Of a DNA stretch of 64,000 nt, positions 38,521 to 49,380 are shown in pieces. Source of the DNA: an uncultured Candidatus Saccharibacteria bacterium (GTDB taxonomy: Bacteria; Patescibacteriota; UBA1384; CAILIB01); the NCBI GenBank assembly GCA_964593885.1, contig CAZQKK010000001.1, positions 169,929 to 233,928 of the forward strand, given 5' to 3'. A model generated the notes under the pieces. The model saw nothing but the letters and a program-made list of their open reading frames with translations. It was not told the DNA's origin and searched no databases. Positions within the stretch are counted from its first letter, which is position 1; each line of letters begins with the position of its first letter. The translations under genes were made by a program, and so were the position numbers.

Positions 38521-40389
38521 CTACGTTCCTGCGGGTCGTTCCTTAGTTCCAACCATAAACTGTGCTGGCCAGGCTTTGTAGGTACTCCTGAAAACTTGGC
38601 GATTGATTTCTTTGCCGCCTCTCACAACGGTGTACGTGGCGATAGTTTTTGCGCCATCATGGGCTGACTCAATTTTCTGCTCTTCCCCAACAAAGAGAGT
38701 GTCAGTAGGAATGTATATTGGCGCACCTACAGGGAGTGTTTCAAGGATGACTGGTTTCTCAATGGTGGAGACTCTTCCGTCTGATGTTCCGTAGATTTCA
38801 AAAGTAAGGCTGTTTCCCTTGATAAATGACTGCACGAGGACTGCACTCGTAAAATCGTTTTTCCATCTGAAGTCTGGGTGGGGTCCGTAGATGGTAGCAT
38901 CAAGACCAGGCCCCACACCCCTTTCGTAGTAGCTCACCCGGTAGGAGTGGTTAGCACGCTCGGTAATCGGCAATCCAGCGTTGAGCACCGCTCTGAAGAG
39001 GGTGGTAGAAACCTGGCAGATCCCACCTCCAGCTTCCGGGACAGTACGGTTGTTCTTAATCACTAGCCCTACAGCAAACCCAGTGGACTCCTCAATGGGA
39101 CCAAGCTCATCTACCGTTGAATACACCTCGCCCGGCATCACCAGCTTACCGTTGAGGTTCTTTTGACCGAGGGTAATGTTGGTTCGACGGTTTGCTGGAC
39201 TACCCGTAAAGTCTGTTGTACCAGTACCCACCAACTGGGTGAGCCCAAGCGAAGCTAGGGTATCGCTTCGCACCGCCGGCTTTGCGGTTGTGATGATCCC
39301 TTTGATGTCTCTCTTCTCAGGAATGGTTGGGTTGAGGAGCGTGGTAGTTAGATTATTAATCGTTTCCTTCTGGTCAACCGCTGATCCGTTTGTCCCCTCA
39401 GCCACTACCACAACCTTTCCATCAACGATGCCAACCCTCCCGTTAGTTGCCCCCTTATCAAAGTTTTTCGCCCAATCAACAACCGCTTCTTCAACCAGTT
39501 TTGCATTTAAAGCGAGCTTGAGTGAAGTAGCCTTACCCGCTCCATCTCGAGCAACCTCGCTGGTAAGCCAACTAGCGAGCCTTGATGGTTCAATAACCCC
39601 GTTGCCTACATCACTAAATCTCACGTACCACGTATCAGCGAGCAATTTTTCCGCTTGCAACCTTGCTGCCTGTGCCTGTTCGGTGGAAAGCTCTGGCTGG
39701 AACGGCGATACCTCAAGTTCTACCTGTGGATTTCCGCTCACAAAAGCACGGTAGAGCGAGGCTTCAAATGTGGTATCGTTGAGGCGCTTTCCTGGCTTTC
39801 CGGCGAGAACGGTTACACTCCGAGAACTAATCGCAAGCGTGGTCTCGTTGTGACTTACCTCAATATCTTTAAGGACGTTACTGGCAAACTGCTTTCTTCC
39901 CTCTTCACTAAACGTCGTAAAACCTAGCTCTTCTCTGTGCTCAGAGAAAGGAGCGACTGCAAGCTTCTTGAGCTGTTGAGGGGTATCACCACCCTTCTCT
40001 GCTTCCCACAGACTGTCGAGAGCAGTAGTAACGGCAAAGGAAGTTCCAAGCTCTGCTGGACTCACTTCCCATTTCTTATCACCGAAACTGAGCTTGAGTT
40101 TACTCTCACCAAATTGAGAAGCCTTCGCCAGCAGCTTTGCCTCTGCTTCTTGTCGTGTGAGACTAGAAACCTCCACACCAGCCACGTAGGTTCTCGGAAG
40201 GTACCTATCTGCGTACCAAAAAGCGTAGGTAGCTGCAGCACCAACCACAAGGAGTAGGCTCCCTACTGCAATGAGGTAGGGAGAGCGCCAGGGAACCTGG
40301 GGAAGCTTCCCGAACATCAAAGCAGCCCGCTTTGCCGTGGGCACTTTCGCCTCCACCCTCTGCTGCTTTGCGTTACGCTGACTCTTCAT
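38521..40389 (-). CDS. VanW-family protein with N-terminal TM anchor and C-terminal G5-like domain
   Basis: The VanW core ...GGGICQVSTTLFRAVLNAGLPITERANHSYRVSYYERGVGPGLDATIY is clear. Single N-terminal TM. Confidence 0.75.
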   Translation of the reverse strand: MKSQRNAKQQRVEAKVPTAKRAALMFGKLPQVPWRSPYLIAVGSLLLVVGAAATYAFWYADRYLPRTYVAGVEVSSLTRQEAEAKLLAKASQFGESKLKLSFGDKKWEVSPAELGTSFAVTTALDSLWEAEKGGDTPQQLKKLAVAPFSEHREELGFTTFSEEGRKQFASNVLKDIEVSHNETTLAISSRSVTVLAGKPGKRLNDTTFEASLYRAFVSGNPQVELEVSPFQPELSTEQAQAARLQAEKLLADTWYVRFSDVGNGVIEPSRLASWLTSEVARDGAGKATSLKLALNAKLVEEAVVDWAKNFDKGATNGRVGIVDGKVVVVAEGTNGSAVDQKETINNLTTTLLNPTIPEKRDIKGIITTAKPAVRSDTLASLGLTQLVGTGTTDFTGSPANRRTNITLGQKNLNGKLVMPGEVYSTVDELGPIEESTGFAVGLVIKNNRTVPEAGGGICQVSTTLFRAVLNAGLPITERANHSYRVSYYERGVGPGLDATIYGPHPDFRWKNDFTSAVLVQSFIKGNSLTFEIYGTSDGRVSTIEKPVILETLPVGAPIYIPTDTLFVGEEQKIESAHDGAKTIATYTVVRGGKEINRQVFRSTYKAWPAQFMVGTKERPAGT

Positions 40390-40606
40390 CTTCTCGCATA
40401 ATTTGGTTGAGAATGGTCTTTGCTAGTTCTGTCTTTTCCATTTCAGCCTCTCGTTCCGGGAGTAGCTGAAAAACGTAGCGGGTACCCAAGGGTGAGATTG
40501 GCTCAACATCTTGCTTTGGAATCTTTACCTCCTGGCCATCCTCAAATGCAAAAACTGCATTGCCAGATTCGATTCTCTTGAGTTCTGCTGGAATACGGGT
40601 GAGCAT
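40373..40606 (-). CDS. small hypothetical protein
   Basis: 77-aa ORF overlapping the VanW start by 17 nt. No motifs. Confidence 0.3.
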   Translation of the reverse strand: MLTRIPAELKRIESGNAVFAFEDGQEVKIPKQDVEPISPLGTRYVFQLLPEREAEMEKTELAKTILNQIMREDEESA

Positions 40607-40614
40607 CTTGTGTT

Positions 40615-41217
40615 CTACTGCTGAGGAGTAACCAGGGCTTCATAGGTTCCCGATGCTCCCAACCTAGCGTATGAAGCAACAAGCCAGCCACCAGTACCGA
40701 CAGGGGCTTGTACCAACATCATGGTAGTTGTGACACTTGGGATATCCCTACCTGCTCTATCTACCCGATCCTCTTTGATGGTAAGCTTCCACCCTACCTG
40801 CTCCTTTTCAGCAGCGGTAAGAGTATGTCCACTCACCTTTTCACTCGCGTTGCTGGCCAAAAATAGCTTGCTGGTTTCATCACCTAGGAAAAGCTGCTTG
40901 TACGTGGCGGCGTCTTCAGTGGTCCTATCCAGCGTGAAGTAGCTAGCCAGCCGCTCAGCATCAGCGTCTGCATAGGCAGCATAAAAGTTTGAGAGAAATA
41001 CACTGACGCTCTCATCTACGAGTACCGCCTCGTCAACAGCAACAACTGCAGCTGTTTTATCTCGCCCACTCACCTTTTCGCTTGCCGGAATGACTGCTGG
41101 CCCCAGGACTACCCTACTACTAACAATTGCCTGCATAACAATCCAGAGCACCCCTGCAATTACCGCCACAATGGCGACAATGGCTGGAGCTGACGACCGA
41201 GATTGATTGGTAGACAT
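40615..41217 (-). CDS. hypothetical membrane-anchored extracytoplasmic protein
   Basis: N-terminal signal anchor (PAIVAIVAVIAGVLWIVMQAIV). Confidence 0.45.
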   Translation of the reverse strand: MSTNQSRSSAPAIVAIVAVIAGVLWIVMQAIVSSRVVLGPAVIPASEKVSGRDKTAAVVAVDEAVLVDESVSVFLSNFYAAYADADAERLASYFTLDRTTEDAATYKQLFLGDETSKLFLASNASEKVSGHTLTAAEKEQVGWKLTIKEDRVDRAGRDIPSVTTTMMLVQAPVGTGGWLVASYARLGASGTYEALVTPQQ

Positions 41218-41231
41218 TCTGTATATGTTAG

Positions 41232-41999
41232 CTAGTAGCTCCCTCGCTTCAACCTACGTCTAATGCCCGAAAGATCACGTAGTGCCCTGAAACCCGCCCT
41301 CACGGCTCGGAGCTTTGAGTCTCGAGAATCGTACCAATCAACCGGTACCTCTTTCACTGCATACCCTAGATGACGTGATATCGTCAAGGTTTCAACATCA
41401 AAGAGCCACCCTGCAACGTGCTGCTTAGAAAAGATTGCTGATGCTGCTGCGGCTGAGAAGAGCTTGAAACCGCACTGCGTATCCCGAATACCTGGGAGGA
41501 GCGAACTCTGAATCACCACGTTCCAAACGCGGGAGACAATTCGCCGTTTCAGCGGTTGCTTCACCTTAATACTGTCAGGTTTCAGGTAGCGCGAGCCAAT
41601 GATTACCTCAAAACTACCGGTGTGTACGAGCAGCTTTTCAACTTCTGCAATGGGAGTTGAGGCATCCGCATCCATGAAAAGCCTCCAGTCACCCTTTGCA
41701 GCAAGCATACCTTGGGCAACAACTGCTCCCTTTCCTCGGTTCACCTGGTTCTCAAGAAGGGTGAGCTGCTGAAAACGTTGTGAAATCTCACGTACTACCT
41801 TGGCAGTAGCGTCGGTACTCCCATCATCAACCACCAGCACCTCTACACTGAACTGCTGACGCTCAACCCAGTCCCTCACCAAAGCAAGCGTCTCTGGGAG
41901 ACGTTTCTCTTCGTTGTAGGCGGGAATGATGATAGAAAGGTGGACTGACATACCTTCAGGATACCAGAAGCTCAGCGTGATTCTATTCGTGATATCCAC
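41232..41999 (-). CDS. family 2 glycosyltransferase, polyprenyl-phosphate sugar synthase (DPM1/GtrB-like)
   Basis: LSIIIPAYNEE...VVDDGSTDAT... and a DAD motif (FMDADAS). Confidence 0.8.
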   Translation of the reverse strand: MDITNRITLSFWYPEGMSVHLSIIIPAYNEEKRLPETLALVRDWVERQQFSVEVLVVDDGSTDATAKVVREISQRFQQLTLLENQVNRGKGAVVAQGMLAAKGDWRLFMDADASTPIAEVEKLLVHTGSFEVIIGSRYLKPDSIKVKQPLKRRIVSRVWNVVIQSSLLPGIRDTQCGFKLFSAAAASAIFSKQHVAGWLFDVETLTISRHLGYAVKEVPVDWYDSRDSKLRAVRAGFRALRDLSGIRRRLKRGSY

Positions 42000-43459
42000 G
42001 TTTCCAACTGCTGTGGGAGCGAGTTTGAGAGTTTACCCAAGAAAAGGTAGGCCATAGCCACCATTGCACCGAGGCTCAACACGAAGAAGGCTTGGAGTAA
42101 CCTCGAGGTCTCAAGGAAGCTCTCGAGGAGTGCGCGGTCTAGGACTCCTTTTACAAGGTAGAGTGCGCCGCCAAACCCTAGCGCTAGCACGAGCATCGGC
42201 AGGTACTTCCTAATGGGAAGGTTTAGTCCTAGCTGGTATCTCGCCAACACGAGGAGGATCACCGTACTCAGCGTTTCAGTGGCAACGGTTACCCATGCTG
42301 CACCCATGTAGCCAAAGTGCGGGATCACAACCATGTTTGCAATGAGATTGAGGGCAAGCATGGTGAGCTTAACCTGCACCAGTAGTTTCTGCTTACGGGC
42401 AACCACGAGGATGTGACTGAGGAGGCTCCCCACAAACCATGCAATGAGCGCCAAGCTCAGCACCTGTAGAGCACTCGCAGCTTCAAAGATGTTTGCCCGT
42501 GTGAGAACGGCCATGATGTAGGGTGCAAAAAAGCCAACCAGTAGTACTATGGGAAGCACCGACCAGAGTAGGAGGCCTGCGGCGATCTCAAAGAGGTGAG
42601 AAAGTCTCTCGCTCTTTGCATCCACGGCTTCTGCAAAAGCTGGGAAGAGGCTTCCCACAAACATTGAGGGTAGCACCAGGAGAATCTCCATAATTTTGTA
42701 GCTATTTGCGTATATCCCCACCTCTACTGGGTTACGCAGCAGCACCAGGAGGAAGCTGTCTACCTTAAAGTGGAGTACGGTGAGAACTGCAAGTACTGCC
42801 AAGGGAGATACCTCACGGAGGAGCTTCTTGAAATCAGCGGCAGTAATCCCAAATCTAAGCTTCACGTAACGCCTCGAGAGTACGTACGAGATAGCCAGGT
42901 TAAGTAACCCACCACAGAGCACCACTGCTGTGGCAAGTACCAGCTGGTTGTCTGGAGATGCAGCCCTCACCACAACGAGCGTCAGGATGAGGATGAGTAA
43001 CCTACCAACAGCATCTCCAAAGCTTGCTCGAGCCATTGCCAACTCAAGCTGGAAGACGCTGACAAAGACCTGGTTAAGGAGGAGCACAAACTGCCCAAGT
43101 GAGATGAGGGCAACTGGCAAGATGAGCTGGTGGTAGGCAGGTATCACCATCGCAACGAGAGGAGCAAGGGCTAGCAGTACTGCGGCAGTTAGCACCCTGA
43201 AGGTAGCTACCTTTGAGGTGAGTTCGCGTCTACTGCCAGTAACTCGCGACCCTTCCCGTAGGTAGTAGGTGGTGAGACCCATGTCAGCCGCAACGGCAAA
43301 GAAGGTTCCAAAAAGGGTTACTGAACTGAGCAACCCCCAGCGCTCAGGCCCAAGTGAGGAGTTGAGAACTGAAACGGTAACCAGGGAGAGAACTGTGGTG
43401 ACGATTCTCCCAATAACCTGGGCGATGGTGTTACTTGCGACCTGGTTTGAGAGGCTCAC
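41972..43459 (-). CDS. polysaccharide flippase, Wzx-type (MOP superfamily)
   Basis: About 14 TM, 495 aa, MOP-like N-terminal helix pattern. Confidence 0.7.
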   Translation of the reverse strand: MSLSNQVASNTIAQVIGRIVTTVLSLVTVSVLNSSLGPERWGLLSSVTLFGTFFAVAADMGLTTYYLREGSRVTGSRRELTSKVATFRVLTAAVLLALAPLVAMVIPAYHQLILPVALISLGQFVLLLNQVFVSVFQLELAMARASFGDAVGRLLILILTLVVVRAASPDNQLVLATAVVLCGGLLNLAISYVLSRRYVKLRFGITAADFKKLLREVSPLAVLAVLTVLHFKVDSFLLVLLRNPVEVGIYANSYKIMEILLVLPSMFVGSLFPAFAEAVDAKSERLSHLFEIAAGLLLWSVLPIVLLVGFFAPYIMAVLTRANIFEAASALQVLSLALIAWFVGSLLSHILVVARKQKLLVQVKLTMLALNLIANMVVIPHFGYMGAAWVTVATETLSTVILLVLARYQLGLNLPIRKYLPMLVLALGFGGALYLVKGVLDRALLESFLETSRLLQAFFVLSLGAMVAMAYLFLGKLSNSLPQQLETWISRIESR

Positions 43460-43483
43460 CTGAGATTTGTTAGGCGGGAAATG

Positions 43484-44143
43484 CTAGTTAAAGAAACCTG
43501 AGTACTTTCCATCCGAGGTACTTTTCTTGTAGCTAGCAATTTTTGCACCTGAAAGAGTAAACAGCCTACGCCTCATGGTCTCAACTCCCTCTGAGGTAAC
43601 TGTTTCATCTACGGTTATGTTGGTTGAGGTTGCACTCACCAACGTCACCTTTGTGATGGTGAAGGTTACCGAGGCACTCTGGAAGAGTGTTGGCCCGCCA
43701 GGGATACCTTGCAGGTCTTTCCCATCCTTGAGGAGGCTCAGGAGCTCTCTCTCATCGTTTGTAGCAGGGGCGGTAAACTGCTGAAAGATGAGTTCAACGT
43801 TTTGCTGTCTGTAGGCACTATAGAAAGTAGTAACCACCGCTGGAAGCTCAGCCGAAACGCTGGCACTAGGAGTTGGGGTTGGTGTTGATATGGGAGTAGC
43901 GGAAGGACTGGGAGTTGGGCTACTAGAGGGCGTAGACGAAACTACGGGGGTTGGGGTTGGTGTTGATGTGGGAGTACCACCAAAGCTTCCTTTAGTTACA
44001 ACCAGTGTAAGTGAAGCCACCGCTAGGAAGCAGATAACATAGGCTGAAATGGGCACGAGTTGCCGAGAATGGTGGCGCATCTGAAAGAATTGGAAGGTTA
44101 AACAGCTTACCTCTATGGTACACAAATCTGTGAGCTTTGCCAT
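43484..44143 (-). CDS. hypothetical membrane-anchored protein with T/P/S-rich linker
   Basis: TM followed by a TPTSTPTPTP linker and a C-terminal domain. Confidence 0.4.
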   Translation of the reverse strand: MAKLTDLCTIEVSCLTFQFFQMRHHSRQLVPISAYVICFLAVASLTLVVTKGSFGGTPTSTPTPTPVVSSTPSSSPTPSPSATPISTPTPTPSASVSAELPAVVTTFYSAYRQQNVELIFQQFTAPATNDERELLSLLKDGKDLQGIPGGPTLFQSASVTFTITKVTLVSATSTNITVDETVTSEGVETMRRRLFTLSGAKIASYKKSTSDGKYSGFFN

Positions 44144-44242
44144 GAAAGTCTCCTGACAACCCTTGTGAGGAGGAGCGCATCAGGCTACCGTAATACTGAT
44201 AGTTTTTGCACTTCAAGCAAGTCCCTTCGTAACATCGCCCCC

Positions 44243-45337
44243 ATGAAACGTGTTGCCGTTGTCTTTGGAACGAGACCAGACGCCATTAAAATGGCTCCCA
44301 TTCTCTTGGAGCAGCCAAACTTCCCAGATCTTGAACTGATCCCAATCTCAAGTGGCCAGCACAAGGAGATGCTGCAGCCGGTACTCTCACTCTTTGGCAT
44401 TACCCCGGCTCACGATGCGGCAATTATGGATCACAACCAGTCACTGGATACCCTTACAGCAAAAGCAATCACTGGACTAGGCAAGATTTTTGATGAGGTT
44501 AAGCCTGACATCGTGCTCGCTCACGGTGATACTACTACCGGATTTGCAGCCTCAGTCGCAGCATTCTATCGGGGTATTCCCGTAGGTCACGTGGAAGCAG
44601 GGTTGCGCACACCAACCATTAGAAACCCATTCCCAGAAGAGATGAACCGCCGGGTCATCGACCAGTTGAGCACCTTCCACTTCGCTCCAACCAGCTGGGC
44701 TGCTGACAACCTCGTCCGCGAAGGGTTCTCGCCAATCACTACTGGCAATACCGTCATTGATGCCCTCCACTTTGTCAGAGCGGGCAACCCACAGCTTCCA
44801 GATTCACTTGAGGCACTTGCACACGACCACAGGGTTATCCTCCTCACCACCCACCGGAGAGAGAATATTGGTGAAGGCATGGAGCACATCTTTGAGGCAG
44901 TGAGGGACATTGTAGAAGCTAATCCTGATGTCAGTGTTGTCTTTCCCATTCACCTCAATGCAGCGGTGAGGAACATCGCCTCCTCAATTTTGAGTAACCT
45001 ACCTCAGGTTCACATCATTGAACCTCTCGCATACCCAGAACTCGTTTCACTCCTCTCACGCGCATACCTTGTCATGACCGACAGTGGTGGCATCCAGGAA
45101 GAAGCTCCAGCATTTGGAAAGCCAGTTATCGTACTCCGAGAAACTACTGAGAGACCTGAGGTAATATCCGCAGGCTGCGGCAAGCTTGTTGGTTCAAATA
45201 GAGAGCTCATCTCCTCCACCGTGAATAACCTGTTGCAAAACCGGGATGCCTACGATGAAATGGCAGGATCAGAGAATCCCTACGGCGAACCAGGAGCCTC
45301 AACTAAAATCCTCCAAACCATCCTAGACCATGATTAA
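44243..45337 (+). CDS. wecB: UDP-N-acetylglucosamine 2-epimerase (non-hydrolysing)
   Basis: MKRVAVVFGTRPDAIKMAP... HTGFA-equivalent and the full epimerase_2 layout. The start is set at the internal ATG. Confidence 0.9.
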   Translation: MKRVAVVFGTRPDAIKMAPILLEQPNFPDLELIPISSGQHKEMLQPVLSLFGITPAHDAAIMDHNQSLDTLTAKAITGLGKIFDEVKPDIVLAHGDTTTGFAASVAAFYRGIPVGHVEAGLRTPTIRNPFPEEMNRRVIDQLSTFHFAPTSWAADNLVREGFSPITTGNTVIDALHFVRAGNPQLPDSLEALAHDHRVILLTTHRRENIGEGMEHIFEAVRDIVEANPDVSVVFPIHLNAAVRNIASSILSNLPQVHIIEPLAYPELVSLLSRAYLVMTDSGGIQEEAPAFGKPVIVLRETTERPEVISAGCGKLVGSNRELISSTVNNLLQNRDAYDEMAGSENPYGEPGASTKILQTILDHD

Positions 45338-46625
45338 AAAGGCGCTCGGTACCGCTAGACGCCTTGCTTTCTCGGAGTCTGGGAAGAACACTGGAATAGT
45401 TTTTTTTAGCAACCTTGTTGCATCTGCACTTGGTTTCTTCGCCACCCTCTTCGTCACCAGGGCACTGGGGCCAACCAGTTTTGGGGTTGTAGCCACCGCT
45501 ATCGCCCTCATGACCACCGTTGTGGCAATGACCGATCTAGGACTCAGTACCACTGGGGTACGATTCATTTCGGAGCACCTCAGCAAAAACATCCCCCGCG
45601 CTCACGCCTTCCTCAAGGTTATCTTCAAAATTGAAATTGGCATTGGTCTCATCATTCTTACTGCCGGGATTCTTGGAGCTCCCATTATTGCCAACCTCAT
45701 TGGCCAGGGAAACAACCCAAACCTTGCACTCCTCGCCCTCATTGGAGCCGCAGCACTCTCCACAGGAGCCTTCTACACCATTACCCTCCAGGCCTACCAG
45801 AGGTTTGCCTTCTTCTCAATCCTTGGGATCATCAATGGCGCAAGTCGGCTCATCATCCTTGGGCTGCTCTTTGCAAACGGAAGCTTCACCATCATGAACG
45901 TTTTGGCGGCGTACGCTCTTGCCCCACTAGTTGGACTGGTTGCAGGCTACTTCTTCATCCCCCGCGACTTCCTCAAGTCACACGAACCAAAACTCGAGCG
46001 CGAGGTCATCCCCGAGATTGTCTCGTTTGGAAAGTGGACGATGCTCTCCTTCTTCGTGATGAGTCTCGTTTCCCGCCTCGATGTGATAGTACTCGGCAAG
46101 CACGCTGCAGCGGCTGATGTCGGACAGTACGGTGCCGCAATACAGCTCATCACCGCTATGCCACTCCTGGTTGGATCGATCACCTCGGTACTCCTCCCTA
46201 AATCAGGCACCATGGGCAGCATCCAGCAGCTGCGCAGCTTTGTGAAGAAGAGTCTAGCCGGCAGCACCATGGTCTTCATCTGCCTCCTTCCTTTCGTCAT
46301 CTTTTCGGGTCCACTCATTACCCTCCTCTTTGGGAGCGAATACAGCAGCGCCACCCCCCTCTTCCAAATTCTTGCCTGGGGGTACATGCTCTCACTCTTC
46401 ATTAACCCAGCGAGCATCATCCTCTTTAGGCTCAATAAGCCCCAGTACGCAGCTCTCAGCAACGGGGTGCAGTTTCTCGTTGGAATCGTACTCTACACCA
46501 CGCTTATCCCTCACTTCGGTGCTCTTGGTGCTGCTTGGTCAAATGCGGCCGTCTCAATTTCAGGATCAATCGTAATTATTCCAGCCGTCATCATACTCCT
46601 GAGACAGCCCGATCGCGAGATCTAA
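45330..46625 (+). CDS. second polysaccharide flippase/transporter, Wzx-type (MOP superfamily)
   Basis: Polytopic, 431 aa, MOP-like. Confidence 0.65.
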   Translation: MIKKALGTARRLAFSESGKNTGIVFFSNLVASALGFFATLFVTRALGPTSFGVVATAIALMTTVVAMTDLGLSTTGVRFISEHLSKNIPRAHAFLKVIFKIEIGIGLIILTAGILGAPIIANLIGQGNNPNLALLALIGAAALSTGAFYTITLQAYQRFAFFSILGIINGASRLIILGLLFANGSFTIMNVLAAYALAPLVGLVAGYFFIPRDFLKSHEPKLEREVIPEIVSFGKWTMLSFFVMSLVSRLDVIVLGKHAAAADVGQYGAAIQLITAMPLLVGSITSVLLPKSGTMGSIQQLRSFVKKSLAGSTMVFICLLPFVIFSGPLITLLFGSEYSSATPLFQILAWGYMLSLFINPASIILFRLNKPQYAALSNGVQFLVGIVLYTTLIPHFGALGAAWSNAAVSISGSIVIIPAVIILLRQPDREI

Positions 46626-46627
46626 GC

Positions 46628-47677
46628 TCAGTAGTTCTCCCAGAGTTTCAGGTAGCACTGGGTGAGCGCCTCGTAGGTTGCAGCCTCAGCAAATTCTCTC
46701 GACCGCCTCCTTGCTTCGCCACTCAGGTGGTCAGCCGTCTCAAGTGCCGCAGCAAGCTGATCTACCGTAGTAGTAATGAAAATATCTGCAGCGTAGGGTG
46801 CTGAGGATAGGTAGTCAACTTTGAGTGGGTTATCAGCAAACGAAACCACAGGTTTTTCGGCGTAGAGTGCCTCAAGAATGCCAAGGTACCCGCTGGTCAA
46901 AACAACCTGTGTGCCGGAGGTATAATCAGCTGGATTGGCAACCATCCCAAGGAAAGAAATCTGCAACCCCTCCACTTGCTCCTGTAACCTAGACTTGAGT
47001 GGGCCATCACCGCAGATTATCGCACGCTTCTCAGGATGCTGCTTCAAGTGCGAAGCCAGTGCCTCAATGTAGGCTTCACAGCCAGTATCTGGCGAAAGCC
47101 TCCCAACAAAACAGAAATCAGAAGGTATCGGCTCAACATGAGCTGGTGGTGCATAGGCCCCCCATTCCACCACATCACACGTCACCCCAAACCACCTTTC
47201 AATGAAGGATCCTGCACACATGGCTCCTTGAACCGTAGCTTGCATAGCCAGCTTTCGCTCCCTACTCTCATCAGTTACCGGGTAGCCTTCAAAGCCGTGG
47301 AAGGTGAGGTAGCGTCTGGCAGCAGGAGCGAAACGCTGCAGCGCCTTGAGCACCACATCGTGGCCGTGGATGATATCGTACGTTCTCATCAGGCGTGCAT
47401 GCTGCAGCGCCCAGGCAGCGGCCTGGAGCTGGCCGTTCCTAGTGGGCCCACTCCCGAGGAGCCTGAACACCCTCACCCCTTTTTCAACCGATTCTCTAGG
47501 TGGTTTTTGACGGTGCGAAAAGTGGCTTGAGTCGTTTCGCTCCAAACCTTCCCGCTGGAACGTGAGGACGTCAACGTGGTGACCAAGCTGCTGCAGCTCG
47601 GCACAAACTCCCGCGAGGTGACGCTCAACCCCACCAGTGTAGGGAGCGTAGCTTGAGGTGACCATGAGAATCTTCAT
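46628..47677 (-). CDS. family 1 (GT4-like) glycosyltransferase
   Basis: MKILMVTSSYAPYTGGVERHL... N-terminal GT-B pattern. Confidence 0.8.
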   Translation of the reverse strand: MKILMVTSSYAPYTGGVERHLAGVCAELQQLGHHVDVLTFQREGLERNDSSHFSHRQKPPRESVEKGVRVFRLLGSGPTRNGQLQAAAWALQHARLMRTYDIIHGHDVVLKALQRFAPAARRYLTFHGFEGYPVTDESRERKLAMQATVQGAMCAGSFIERWFGVTCDVVEWGAYAPPAHVEPIPSDFCFVGRLSPDTGCEAYIEALASHLKQHPEKRAIICGDGPLKSRLQEQVEGLQISFLGMVANPADYTSGTQVVLTSGYLGILEALYAEKPVVSFADNPLKVDYLSSAPYAADIFITTTVDQLAAALETADHLSGEARRRSREFAEAATYEALTQCYLKLWENY

Positions 47678-47802
47678 ACGCCTATGCTAGCAGGTTCTCT
47701 CGTTTTCTACCCAGTTGAAAGGTCTACTACTTGAGCCTCTCTCGATTGCTACCAGGTCTGATTCTGTGTATCATCAGGTAAGTATTCTTCATAACAACTC
47801 CC

Positions 47803-48417
47803 ATGCAGCAACCTCCTCTCACCAAGGTTATCCTCAAAAATATTTGGATTATCGCTGTGGCAATTGTCGCCTCTGTTGGCACCTTCGCCTACTACAGCAG
47901 CCAGAACGTCCCCCAGTACGCCATCGCCAGCATTACCATTATCCCAGACAAGGATATCCCTTCAATCAGTGCGGTTTCAGGTCAAGATGTTCTCAATTCT
48001 GCAGGATACTTCAGTAGTGTGGTGAGGAGCTGGTTTGTTACCCCCACCTTCACCAAAGATGTGTACACTGCAGCAGGTGTATCTCTCTCAGATGCTGCCC
48101 TCGCCAAGGCTCCTTTCACCCTCCAGTCACTCCAGAGCCCACTTGCCTACCAGGTTCAAAACCGGGTCTACCCAGATTCAAAAGCAGACGACATCAAGCT
48201 CGTAGATGCCGCTGTCTACCAGCTGAAGCAGCGAGTTACAGACTTCAATCTCAGCGCTGAAAGGAGCCTCAAGTTCAGCATTGCTGCAGAGGAAACCATC
48301 GTGGTAACCCGTGACAGTAGCGCCACTCTCGTCAAAATGGTTGCTCCTATCTTCGGACTCTTCCTTGGAATCTTCGTTATCATCATCCGCGAGACCACCC
48401 GCCGACGCGCCAAGTAA
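47803..48417 (+). CDS. Wzz-like chain-length-regulator topology protein (short)
   Basis: TM near the N-terminus, periplasmic segment of about 150 aa, C-terminal TM followed by RRRAK. Confidence 0.4.
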   Translation: MQQPPLTKVILKNIWIIAVAIVASVGTFAYYSSQNVPQYAIASITIIPDKDIPSISAVSGQDVLNSAGYFSSVVRSWFVTPTFTKDVYTAAGVSLSDAALAKAPFTLQSLQSPLAYQVQNRVYPDSKADDIKLVDAAVYQLKQRVTDFNLSAERSLKFSIAAEETIVVTRDSSATLVKMVAPIFGLFLGIFVIIIRETTRRRAK

Positions 48418-48420
48418 CCT

Positions 48421-49380
48421 ATGCGCGTCAGCCTGATCACCACGGTCAGGAATGAGGCTCTGACTATCTCCTCATTCCTGGAAGGACTCTTCAAGCAAAC
48501 TCGCCAACCGGATGAGGTTGTCATTGCTGACGGTGGTTCAACCGATGGTACCGTTGCCGCCATTACCAAGTTTGCCAAACAGCATCCCCACATAAAGGTC
48601 ATTGAGGCCCCGGGTAACATTGCGGTTGGCAGAAACGCTGCCATTGCGGCTGCAACCCACGACATCATCGCCGTTACCGATGCTGGCAGCACAGCTGACG
48701 CCTCGTGGCTTGAGGAAATCCTCAAACCTTTCTCTGACAAAAATGTGAGCGTCAGTTCAGGCTATTTCCAGGTTGCGCCCACCAATACCTTTGAGGCAGT
48801 CTCAAGTGCCTTGATCAACCAAACCGCTGCAGAGCTCAACGACGACTGGCTTCCATCATCGAGGAGTATCGCTTTCACTAAATCCGCCTGGGAAGCGGTT
48901 GGCGGCTACCCTGAGCACCTTACCCTCGCCGGTGAAGACACCCTCTTCGACCTCAACCTCAAACGCAAAGGTTTCGTCTTTAAGTTCGCCCCAAAAGCAG
49001 TAGTATTCTGGCAGCCAAGGAGTAATCTCAAGGCGTTCTGCAAGCAACAGTTCAGCTACGCCAGAGGCGATGGCCAGTACTGGCCTGGTTCTGTGGGGTA
49101 CGGAAAGAAGCTACTGTTCTACGTACTGCTCGCAGCCACTAAGATTGCATCCCTCATACTGGTCATCCCAGAGCTCTACCTTGCCGTTGTCGTGATCTAC
49201 CTGGCGTACCTCCTGTTCAGGGTGCGAAAAACCTGGATGCGTAGCCACAATGCTTGGTACACCATTGCCTCTATTCCCCTCGTTGCCATCTTTGATCTCA
49301 CCAACCTCGCAGGCTTCCTGAAGGGGGTTTTTGAGTGGTGCCGGTACCCTAAGTACCGCAAGGAGTCACATGCAGGGTAA
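48421..49380 (+). CDS. family 2 glycosyltransferase
   Basis: VSLITTVRNEA...VVIADGGSTDGT and a DxD region. Confidence 0.8.
   Translation: MRVSLITTVRNEALTISSFLEGLFKQTRQPDEVVIADGGSTDGTVAAITKFAKQHPHIKVIEAPGNIAVGRNAAIAAATHDIIAVTDAGSTADASWLEEILKPFSDKNVSVSSGYFQVAPTNTFEAVSSALINQTAAELNDDWLPSSRSIAFTKSAWEAVGGYPEHLTLAGEDTLFDLNLKRKGFVFKFAPKAVVFWQPRSNLKAFCKQQFSYARGDGQYWPGSVGYGKKLLFYVLLAATKIASLILVIPELYLAVVVIYLAYLLFRVRKTWMRSHNAWYTIASIPLVAIFDLTNLAGFLKGVFEWCRYPKYRKESHAG

Noticed and set aside
39176-39754. 192-aa plus-strand ORF, with neighbouring plus-strand ORFs at 38603-40257
   Set aside because: These are antisense shadow ORFs of the VanW-family gene. Their composition is biased to Ser/Leu/Val, as is typical of reverse frames.
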